Shown here one piece after another: positions 47,673 through 56,600 of a stretch of 64,000 nucleotides of DNA. The position numbers and the translations under genes were made by a program. The notes under the pieces were generated by a model. That model ran no database searches, was not told the origin of the DNA, and saw only the letters and a list, made by a program, of their open reading frames with translations. The stretch is from NCBI GenBank assembly GCA_044344255.1, contig JBIJDH010000001.1:480001-544000 (forward strand). Reading direction: 5' to 3'. Within the stretch, counting starts at the first letter, position 1. Each line of letters starts with the position of its first letter. The stretch comes from Myxococcota bacterium (GTDB taxonomy: Bacteria > Myxococcota_A > UBA796 > UBA2385).

Positions 47673-48728
47673 GTGGCAAGCTCTCCCCTCCCCTCCCCTC
47701 CCCTCCCCTACTCTCCCCTTGAGCTCCCCCTGCGCACGCTGCCTGCCCTCCTCGCCCTGCTGGCCTGCGCGCCCCACGCGCCGGCCCCCCTCCCGCCACG
47801 GGTGCTGCCCGACTCCACCGACACGCTGAAGGGGGAGGTCATCTACGACGGGAGCCCGGCGGCGCGCACCCTCTCGGGGGACGGCGCCGCCCTCGTCCTC
47901 CTCTACGGCGGCGAAGAGAAGGGCTCTCTCTCCCCCTGCGGCTGCCCCGACCGCCCCCGCGGCGGCCTCCCCCGCGCCGCCTCGATCATCGGCGCCGTGC
48001 GCGCGGCGAACCCCGGCGTGCCCACGCTCCTCCTCAACGGCGGGGCCTGGCTCGAGGATGACATGGGCCTCGACGGGGAGCCGCGCCTCGACGTCGCGGT
48101 CATCAACCGCTGGATGGTGAGCGGGGTGCAGCAGATGGGCTACGACGCCATCAACCTCGCTTACCCCGACCTCTTCGCGCTGCACGACCAGGGCTCGCCC
48201 ACCGATCTCCCCCTCGTGAGCGCCAACATCGAGGGCCCCGGGGCCACCCCGAGCCGGACCTTCACCCTCGGCGCGCTGCGGGTGGCGGTCACCGCCATCA
48301 GCAACCCGAGCTCGGACTTCATCCCGACCCCCGGCTACACCCGGCACGATCCCGTGCGCGCCGCCGGCCCCCTGCTCACCGCCCTCGACGCCAACCACGA
48401 CCTCGTCATCCTCCTCGCCTGGGGAGATCAGGCCGCGGCGAAGGCCCTCGCCTTGCAGGGCCACGTCGACGTCGTCATCGACACCGACCAGCACAACGAC
48501 CACGTCGCCCCCTTCCGGGTGGGCAAGGCCGTCTGGGTGCACAGCCACCGCGAGACCCGCCGCTTGGGCGAGCTCCGCCTCGGCCTCGACGCCGCGGGGG
48601 TGGCCTGGGCCCACGAGCGGAAGATCGACCTCGATCCCACCGTCCCCGACGAGCCCGGCCTCGGGCGCCTCGCCTACCTCGCCGCCGAGGAGATCGAGCG
48701 GGTGCAGCGGCAGGTCTTCCCGCACTGA
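47673..48728 (+). CDS. UshA/5'-nucleotidase-like metallophosphoesterase-fold lipoprotein with CGC motif, metal ligands degenerate
   Basis: Lipobox [33 protein letters not shown]; start uncertain (GTG 47673 or CTG 47730). Confidence 0.7.
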   Translation: MASSPLPSPPLPYSPLELPLRTLPALLALLACAPHAPAPLPPRVLPDSTDTLKGEVIYDGSPAARTLSGDGAALVLLYGGEEKGSLSPCGCPDRPRGGLPRAASIIGAVRAANPGVPTLLLNGGAWLEDDMGLDGEPRLDVAVINRWMVSGVQQMGYDAINLAYPDLFALHDQGSPTDLPLVSANIEGPGATPSRTFTLGALRVAVTAISNPSSDFIPTPGYTRHDPVRAAGPLLTALDANHDLVILLAWGDQAAAKALALQGHVDVVIDTDQHNDHVAPFRVGKAVWVHSHRETRRLGELRLGLDAAGVAWAHERKIDLDPTVPDEPGLGRLAYLAAEEIERVQRQVFPH

Positions 48729-48783
48729 TCCTCCGCCCCTGACCTCCTCCACCTGAAGTCGATCGAGGGACCCGGCTGGCATA

Positions 48784-48800
48784 CTGAACACCCGTTCGGG
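48784..48800 (+). promoter_or_regulatory. Putative LexA (SOS) box
   Basis: CTGAACACCCGTTCGGG matches 16/17 positions of the Myxococcus consensus CTRHAMRYBYGTTCAGS; contains GAAC-N4-GTTC; overlaps -10-like CATACT. Confidence 0.7.
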
Positions 48801-48865
48801 TTCGTCGGACAAATTCTCGCCACAGGTTGGCCGACGACAGGATAAGGCCGGGCTGGGAGTGCTTG

Positions 48866-49942
48866 ATGAACGCTGACGACCGAAGCCCACCCGGCCCTGC
48901 GAAGCCGCTCGCTCCAGACTTGCGCCGCGCGGTCCGAGAGCCCCGCCCCGCCGACGAGCGAGGGCTAAACAAGTCGCAGAAGTTCGTGCGCCTGCTCGAA
49001 GAGATGCAGGGCCCGGGCGGGGTCACCGCCGGCGAGGTCATGGCCCGCTTTGACCTCGATGACCGCACGCTGCGCCGCTACCTCGCCGATCTGCGGGAGC
49101 TCGGGCTCCCCGTACAAGCCGACGGCCGCAGCCACACCCGCCGCCTCTGGGTAGACGCCAGCTACCGCCGCACCGGCGTGCAGCTCTCTTTGCTCGAGCT
49201 CGTCTCCCTCCGCTTCGGGCGCGCCCTCTTCGACTTCCTCGACGGCACGGGCTTCGCGGCCGACATGGACGACGCCCTCGAGACCCTCTCCACCCTCGCG
49301 GTCGGCCCCGGCGCCGAGCACGCCCACGACCTCGACCGCAAATTCCTCGCGGTCCCCGAGCACCGGAAAGACCACAGCCGCGATGCGGACCTCCTCGAGG
49401 ACATCCTCACCGCCCTGCTCTATCAAAACCCTGTCCGGGCCCACTACCAGCGCATCGGCGGGCCCACCCGGGCCTACTCCCTCTATCCGTACACCCTCGC
49501 CACCTATCGGCAGGGCCTCTATCTCTTCGCCTTCGACGTGGAGGAGGGGAAGATCAAGACCTTCGCCGTCGATCGGTTCCGTAATTTCGAGCGCACCCGC
49601 GGCGAACACTTCCCCTACCCCGACGACTATGACCCCGCCGCCCTCGTTGCTGACTCCTTCGGCATCATCGGCGGCGCCAAGGAGGAGGTCTGCCTGCGCT
49701 TCAACCGGCGGGTCTCCCCCTACATCCTCGAGCGGGTCTGGCACCCGAGCCAGGCCCTCGAGCCCGAGGCCGACGGCAGCGTGCTCCTCCGCATGCACGT
49801 GGGCGCCTCTCCCGAGCTCGTAGGCTGGGTGATGAGCTTCGGCCCCGACTGTCGTGTACAGAGCCCCCCGAGCCTGGTCGAGCAGATCCGCCGCCTCCAC
49901 CGAGAGGCCGCCGAGGGTGTCGACCCCCTGGAGCGCCGATGA
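48866..49942 (+). CDS. HTH-WYL-WCX transcriptional regulator
   Basis: wHTH DDRTLRRYLADLRELG; WYL core PYTL...LYL...KTFAVDR; WCX WHPSQ...WVMSFG. Confidence 0.93.
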   Translation: MNADDRSPPGPAKPLAPDLRRAVREPRPADERGLNKSQKFVRLLEEMQGPGGVTAGEVMARFDLDDRTLRRYLADLRELGLPVQADGRSHTRRLWVDASYRRTGVQLSLLELVSLRFGRALFDFLDGTGFAADMDDALETLSTLAVGPGAEHAHDLDRKFLAVPEHRKDHSRDADLLEDILTALLYQNPVRAHYQRIGGPTRAYSLYPYTLATYRQGLYLFAFDVEEGKIKTFAVDRFRNFERTRGEHFPYPDDYDPAALVADSFGIIGGAKEEVCLRFNRRVSPYILERVWHPSQALEPEADGSVLLRMHVGASPELVGWVMSFGPDCRVQSPPSLVEQIRRLHREAAEGVDPLERR

Positions 49943-50958
49943 GCCGCCGATCTGGCAACGTCGAGTACGAGGCCGACCTCGAGCGCTCCTGGCCGGAGCG
50001 CCTCACCGACGCCGACCCCTACGCCGGCGACGAGGCCCTGCCCGATCCCGCGCCCTACAGCGACTTTCAGCGCTGGGCCCTCCAAGGCGGGGCCACAGAG
50101 GAGGAGCACCGCGCCTGGGACGAGCGCTTCCTCCGGGAGCACCGCGCCGTGCTCGACGGGCGGCTGCCCTGGGGGGCCACCGACGAGGCCGCCGCCTGGC
50201 TCGCTCTGGACCACCCCCGCCGCCATGACGGGCGAGGGATGTGCCGAAAGGCGCCCGACTTCCTCCCCGACAGCTATCTGGCTGACCTCTGCGAGGACTG
50301 GCTCCCCGAGGCTGGCCTCGGCTCCCCCGACCGCGTGCTCGGCCCCTGGGCCGACGAGCCCGGCCTCCCCCGCCCCATCCGCGCCCTCGCGGCCGCCGTC
50401 ATGGGCCTCTGCCCCGTGATGAGCCCGGCGGTGCGGCCGGTGATCCGCGCGATCAAGGTCGAGCCCGTGCCGCCGCTCGCCGTGCGCACGGCGGTCTACA
50501 CGATCCTCGAGTCCCCGCCGATGCTCTGGGCGGTCGAAGGCGGGCGGATCACCGCGGCCCTGCCCCTCGGCGCCGGCTTCGCGCCCCCCGAGGTCATCTT
50601 GAACCTCCCCGCGGGCTGCCCGGCGGTGGTGGGGCGGGCCGTGCCCCTGGTGTCCGCAGGCGGGCCGACCACCGGCTGGCTGTCGAGCCTGCTGCCCCTC
50701 CCGGCGCTGCCCGACCCGGGGGTCCTCACCCGTCGCCTCGACCTCGAGGCCCAGCGGCTGCGCCGCCACGATCGGCGCTTGAGCTGGGAGGACCTCCTTC
50801 GTGACCGGCCCGAGGTGCTCTATCGGACAGCCTGTGAGTGGCTCTATGTCCACGACGGGTGGCGGGACCAGCCCGGAGAGGGGCAGGGTCGCCTCCCCGC
50901 GGTCTGGCGCCGCTGGCGGCCGGCCGAGGCGATGAGCAGGCCCCTGTCCGGCCCCTGA
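49939..50958 (+). CDS. Hypothetical protein coupled to the WYL regulator
   Basis: ATGA overlap with WYL stop; 339 aa with typical codon bias. Confidence 0.75.
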   Translation: MSRRSGNVEYEADLERSWPERLTDADPYAGDEALPDPAPYSDFQRWALQGGATEEEHRAWDERFLREHRAVLDGRLPWGATDEAAAWLALDHPRRHDGRGMCRKAPDFLPDSYLADLCEDWLPEAGLGSPDRVLGPWADEPGLPRPIRALAAAVMGLCPVMSPAVRPVIRAIKVEPVPPLAVRTAVYTILESPPMLWAVEGGRITAALPLGAGFAPPEVILNLPAGCPAVVGRAVPLVSAGGPTTGWLSSLLPLPALPDPGVLTRRLDLEAQRLRRHDRRLSWEDLLRDRPEVLYRTACEWLYVHDGWRDQPGEGQGRLPAVWRRWRPAEAMSRPLSGP

Positions 50959-51011
50959 TCGGGGCGGTCCGGTCAGGGCGCCCGTGGAATGGCCTGGTTA
51001 TGCCAAGGCCT

Positions 51012-51503
51012 ATGCGCACCGCTCCAGACGCCCGCCTCCCCGCCCCCGATCGCTCCCCGGCCCTCACCCGCAGGCTCCTCCCCGGGCTCGGTCCGGCGTC
51101 GCTCCTGCTGCTCGGCGCCTGTGGCGGTGGCGAGCTCTCGGTCAGCCCCGGCTCGCTCGAATTCGGCGTGGTCGACTTCTCCGACCCCGAGGCCATGCCG
51201 ACGGAGGGCTATGTCTCGACCGAGCTCGTCATCGAGAACTCGGGAAAGGGGACGGTCACCGCCGAGCTCTCGGAGATCGACCTCGAGCGGCTCTGCGTGC
51301 CGGGCTTCGGCACCACCCCCGCCAAGATCGACGACCTCGAGGAGGGCCAGCGTTTCTCCATCTTCGTCGGGGTCTGCGACTATGACGAGGAGGTGGGGCG
51401 AGACGTCGAGGTCAAGGGTGAGATCGTGATCGGCGGCGAGGGCGTGGATGAGCCGGTGGTGGTCCCGTGGAGCTTCACCCCGACCGCCAGCCAGGACATC
51501 TGA
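51012..51503 (+). CDS. Lipoprotein with Ig-like (ASH/abnormal spindle-like) domain
   Basis: Lipobox LGAC; LSVSPGSLEFG...LVIENSG pattern. Confidence 0.65.
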   Translation: MRTAPDARLPAPDRSPALTRRLLPGLGPASLLLLGACGGGELSVSPGSLEFGVVDFSDPEAMPTEGYVSTELVIENSGKGTVTAELSEIDLERLCVPGFGTTPAKIDDLEEGQRFSIFVGVCDYDEEVGRDVEVKGEIVIGGEGVDEPVVVPWSFTPTASQDI

Positions 51504-51508
51504 TCGCG

Positions 51509-53467
51509 ATGCCGAACACCGCCGCGCCACCGCTCCGCCCCGCCCCGCTCCTCGTCGCGGCGGCCCTGCTCGCCCTCCTCACCGCCTGCGGGGGCGGCGA
51601 TGGCGAGAAAGGCGGGGGCGGCGACGCCTCGGACGCGCCCCCCGCCGACTGCAACCCCATCGCCCCCGCCCTATCCTGCCTGCTCCCTTTCCCTTCGGAC
51701 GTCTGGCGCGGGAGCGAGGGCGTGGTGGTGCCCGACGCCGCGCTCCCCCTCTTCGACATCGGCGGCGACGCCGTCCCCACGCCGCTGAACCCCCTCTTCC
51801 TCCACCCGGCGTCGGGCTTCTCTCCGGTGCCCACGCTCGTGGCCGCCTTCGACGAGGTGCTCGATGACGAGCCCTTGGTCGGCTACACCGAGGACCCCGA
51901 GCTCTCCCGGCTGGCGGCCAGCCCCACCGTGCTCATCGACGCCGAGACGGGCGACCGGATCGCCCACTTCGCCGAGCTCGACGCCATGGCAGACCCCACC
52001 GCGCCGCGTGTGCTGGTCATCCATCCCCTCGTGCGCCTGCGCGACGGCGCCCGCTACGTGGTGGCCATCCACGGCCTCTCGACCCCCGACGGCGCGCCGG
52101 CGAGCCCACCCGCGTCATTCACGGCGCTCCGCGAGGGCACGAGTGGGTGGACCACCCTCCAGGCCCGCTATGACGCCGAGCTCTTCCCCGTCATCGAGGC
52201 CGCGGGGGTGCCCCGGGCCGAGCTACAGCTCGCCTGGGACTTCACCGTCCGCGAGCGGGAGGACGCCACCGGAGACATGCTCGCGGCCCGTCAGATCGCG
52301 ATCGACAACCTCACGGAGGCCGACCCCGTCGTCACCATCACCGAGGTGGTCGATGACGTGGACGCGAACATCCGCCGGAGGGTCGAGGGCACGCTGCGGG
52401 TCCCCCTCATCCTCGAGGCCGACGAGCCCCTCTCCCTGATCCACCGGGACGGCGCGGGGGCGGTGGCGGAGCACGGTTGGATCGACGTCCCCTTCACGGT
52501 GCTCATCCCCGTGTCCGACGAGGCCCCCCTTCGGGCCCTGCAATTCGGACACGGCTTCTTCGGTGACCGCAGCGAGATGGAGGGCATCGGCGCCAGCATG
52601 GGCCCCGCCACCGGCACCGCCTTCTTCGGCATCGACTGGGTGGGCATGTCCAAGGACGATCTCGTCGACGTAGCCGCCGCTCTCGCCAATGACCCCCTCC
52701 ACGGGCTCGCCTTCACCGACCGGGTCCACCAGGCGATGGTCAATCAGATCTTCTTCACTCGGGCCATCGAGACCACCCTGGCCGCCGAGCCCTCCCTCCA
52801 GGACGACGACGGCGCCCCCCTCTACGATGCCGACCACGTCTATTTTTACGGCATCAGCATGGGCCACATCCTGGGCGGAGTCTATGCCGGCCTGTCGCCA
52901 GACATTGACCGCTTCGCCCTGTCAGTGGGGGGAGCCAGCTTCTCGCTGATGATGATGCGCGCCCTGCCCTTCGAGAGCTTCGCCCGCATCATCCTCGCCG
53001 GGGTGCCCGACTCTGCCGGCCTGCTCCAGTTCACCGCCCTCTCCCAGACCACCTTTGACCGCATCGACCCCGGGGTCTACGCCCCCTACGTGCGTGACGA
53101 GCTGCTCCCGGGGGGCCCCGCCTCTCGCGAGGTGATCATCCAGATGGGCATCGGCGACTCTCAGGTGCCCAACGCTGGCAGCCACCTGCACGCCCGGACG
53201 CTGGGGCTGCCGCTGATGACCCCCACTCCGCGGGCGATCTGGGGCCTCACCGAGCAGGCCTATCCGAGCCTCGGCTCCGGACTCGTGGAGATGGACTTCG
53301 GGATGGAGGCGCCGCTCGCCGGCGACGTGGGCGACCTCGACTGGGAGTCCAATGAGGTGCACGGCGCCGTGCGGCTCTCCCCCGAGGGGCAAGCCCAGCT
53401 CGACGCCTTCTTGCAGCCGAACGGCACCATCCCCGGCACCTGCGAAGGCCCCTGCGACCCACACTGA
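51509..53467 (+). CDS. Lipoprotein alpha/beta-hydrolase (extracellular lipase-like with N-terminal Ig-like domain)
   Basis: Lipobox LTAC; PFPSD, GFSP, HG, nucleophile GISMG, GDSQVPN, late His. Confidence 0.78.
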   Translation: MPNTAAPPLRPAPLLVAAALLALLTACGGGDGEKGGGGDASDAPPADCNPIAPALSCLLPFPSDVWRGSEGVVVPDAALPLFDIGGDAVPTPLNPLFLHPASGFSPVPTLVAAFDEVLDDEPLVGYTEDPELSRLAASPTVLIDAETGDRIAHFAELDAMADPTAPRVLVIHPLVRLRDGARYVVAIHGLSTPDGAPASPPASFTALREGTSGWTTLQARYDAELFPVIEAAGVPRAELQLAWDFTVREREDATGDMLAARQIAIDNLTEADPVVTITEVVDDVDANIRRRVEGTLRVPLILEADEPLSLIHRDGAGAVAEHGWIDVPFTVLIPVSDEAPLRALQFGHGFFGDRSEMEGIGASMGPATGTAFFGIDWVGMSKDDLVDVAAALANDPLHGLAFTDRVHQAMVNQIFFTRAIETTLAAEPSLQDDDGAPLYDADHVYFYGISMGHILGGVYAGLSPDIDRFALSVGGASFSLMMMRALPFESFARIILAGVPDSAGLLQFTALSQTTFDRIDPGVYAPYVRDELLPGGPASREVIIQMGIGDSQVPNAGSHLHARTLGLPLMTPTPRAIWGLTEQAYPSLGSGLVEMDFGMEAPLAGDVGDLDWESNEVHGAVRLSPEGQAQLDAFLQPNGTIPGTCEGPCDPH

Positions 53468-53629
53468 CGGGCCCCGTTGTGAGCCCCGTTGTGGAGAATT
53501 GGTGGGAAGTTACGAGGCGCCCTCCCTTCGCAGGTGGATGCGTGCCAGACTGGCGGCGAGTCGGACGCGGCCCGGCAGCCGCGACTCCGCCTCCCGCGCG
53601 CGCCGCTCACCCGGCCGAAGGGAACCATC

Positions 53630-56600
53630 ATGCAGTCCATCGCTGGCTATGTCCTCGGAGAGCGTGTCACGGGCGGCGGCTCGTCGGCGCTGTTCCGGGC
53701 CGTCGAAGAGTCCACCTCGGATCGGGTCCTGGTCCGGCTTCTGAAGGCCCCCTACCAGAGCGGGCGCCATCTCGCCCAATTCCGGCGCGACTTCGAGCTC
53801 TCTCGACAGGTCAACACCCCTGGGATCCTGCAGCCGCGCGCCCTCGTCGCCGCGCCGACCGGGCCCGTGCTGGTCTTCGACGATCCCTCCGCTCGGCCGC
53901 TCGGCGCCCTCCTCCGCCCCGTCCCCCACTTCCCGGCCCTCCTCGAGCTCACCATCGCCATCTGCAAGGTGGTCGCCGAGGTTCACGCCGCGGGGGTGGT
54001 CCACAAGCAGCTCGACCCCGACACGATCTTCGTCCAGTCCAACCCAATGGGCCCGCCGCGGATCTGGATCACGGGCTTCGGCGTCGCGAGCCGCCTCCAG
54101 CACCACACCCAGGCGGCGGGCGACCCCGGCCAGCTCGACGGGTGGCTGCCGTACATCTCCCCCGAGCAGACCGGGCGGATGAACCGCTCCATCGACCACC
54201 GGAGCGACCTCTACTCCCTCGGCGTCATCTTCTACGAGCTGCTCACCGGCTCCCTCCCCTTCCAGGCCGACGAGCCGATCGGCTGGGTGCACGCCCACAT
54301 CGCGCGGCGGCCCACCCCGCCCGAGGAGCGACGAGGGGACACTCCGCACGCCCTCGCGCAGCTCGTCCTGAAGCTCCTCGCCAAGAACGCCGATGATCGC
54401 TACCAGTCTACCCGAGGCCTCCTGCGTGACCTCGAGCGGCTGCAGCGTGACCTCCAGCAGACCGGCGGCTTCGGCGCCTTCACCCCCGGCGAGCAGGACG
54501 TCAGCGACCGCTTCATCCTGCCCGAGCAGCTCTTCGGCCGGGAGGCCGAGGTGGCCGAACTGCTCACAGCCTTCGACGGCGTGGCCGCGGGCGGGAAGGC
54601 GGCCATGCTGGTCACCGGCCCCTCGGGCATCGGCAAGACGGCGCTCATCCAGGAGGTGCAGCGCCCGTTGGTCGAGAAGCGCGGCCTCTTCATCTCCGGC
54701 AAGTCCGACCAGTTCCGCCGCGATCTGCCCTACGCCCCGCTGATCGGCGCCATGCGCGAGCTCGTGCGGCAGGTGCTCACGGCGCCTGCGGTCGAGATTG
54801 GGCGCTGGCGTCGCCGGGTGCAGGAGGCGCTGAAGGACAACGCCCGCGTCGTGGTCGACGTCATCCCCGAGGTCGAGTTCCTCGTCGGCGAGACCCAGCC
54901 GGTCGCCGAGCTCCCCGCCGCGGAGTCTCGCACCCGCCTTCAGCGGGCCTTCATCGCCTTCGTGCAGGTCTTCGCTCGGCCAGACCACCCGGTCGTGCTC
55001 TTCCTCGACGACCTGCAGTGGATCGACCCCTCCTCCCTCGACCTCCTGAGCGAGGTGCTGGCGTCGCCGGCCACCGGCGGGCTGTTGCTCCTCGGCGGCA
55101 TCCGCCCCGAGGGCCTCTTGGCCAACGAGCCCCTGCCCGCCGCGATCGACCGCTGGAGGTCGGCGGAGCTGCCGGTGCAGACGATCACGCTCGGCCCCCT
55201 GAGCGCCGCGAGTGTCCTCCACATCGTGCAGGCCACCCTCGATGACGCCGGCCCCAACGTCGAGCCGCTCTCGCGCGTGATCCTGGAGAAGACGGGCGGC
55301 AACCCCTTCTTCGTCGGGCGCTTCCTTCAGGCCCTGCACGCGGACGGGCTCATCCGCTTCGACGAGCAGGTGGGCCGCTGGACCTGGGAGCTCGATCGGA
55401 TCGCCGCCCTCGTCGTCGGGGAGCACGTCGTCGAGCTGATGCACGAGCGCATCGGCCGCCTCTCCGGCCCCACCCGCGCCGCCCTCGAGCTCGGCGCCTG
55501 CATCGGCGCCCGCTTCCCGCTTCCCCTGCTCGCCGAGGTCATGGGGCGGCCCCCCGCCGAGGTGGCGGCGGCCCTCTGGTCGGCGGTGGAGGCCGACCTC
55601 ATCCACCCCGACACCGCCGTGCTCTCCGCCGAGGGCTCCACCGTGGGCTCCACCGTGGGCTCCACCGTGGGCTCCACCGTGGGCTCCACCGTGGGCGGTG
55701 AGGACCTCCCCGTCAGCTTTCGGTTCGCCCACGACCGCATTCAGGAGGCCGCCTACAACCGTGTCCCGCCGACCGAGCGCAGCGCGCTCCATCTGCGCAT
55801 CGGCCGCATCCTCCTCCAGTCCGAGGGGACAGCCGACGAGCAGCTCTTCAGCGTGGTCGACCACCTCAACCAGGCCATCCCCCTCCTCGCGGCCGGGAGC
55901 CCCGACCGCCACCGCCTCGCCGCCCTGAACGCGCGGGCGGGGCAGCGGGCGCGGGCCTCGGGGGCCTACACCCCAGCCCGGGCCTGGTTTGAGACCGGTC
56001 TTGAGCTCCTGGGCGAGGGCGAGGGCGAGCTCGACACTCGCGTCTTGCTCCTGGCCGGCGCCGCCGAGACGGCCGTGCTCACCGCCGACGTCGCCCGCGG
56101 CCTGACCCTCACCGACCAGCTCCTCCAGGTCGCCCGCACGCCGATCGAGCGCGCCCGCGCCCACGAGATCCGCGTCTCCATCCACAACAACCAGATGCGG
56201 ATGAGCGACGCGGTGCAAGAGGTGCTCGTCGTGCTCGACCTCCTCGGCTACCCGGTCGCGCCGCCGGCCGGCCCGGAGGACTTCCCCTTGGGCCTCGCCC
56301 AGGTCCACGCGGGGATGGCCGGCCGCTCCTTCGACGCCCTGGGCGAGCTGCCCGAGCTTGAGGACGGCGCCGCGCTCTCGGCCCTCAACGTCATCGCCCA
56401 CGCCCTGCCGAGCGCCGGCATGGGCGCGCCGCATCTCTTTGCCCCGCTCTTGTTCCGGGGCATCGGGATCTGCCTCACCCAAGGGGTGAGCCCCGCCGCC
56501 CCGACCATCTTCAGCAGCTACGGCACGCTGCTCTCCGCCATCGGAGATCCGGACACCGGCTACGAATTCGCCCGCCTCGCCATGCACCTCTGGCACCGCT

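Noticed and set aside
47681..47720. (CCCCT)n tract as a G-quadruplex or phase-variation switch
   Set aside because: Short, possibly within a Pro/Ser-rich N-terminal extension, and expected in such GC-rich DNA; no further support
47930..47950. Selenoprotein in the UshA-like gene
   Set aside because: Motif is encoded TGC GGC TGC with no in-frame TGA
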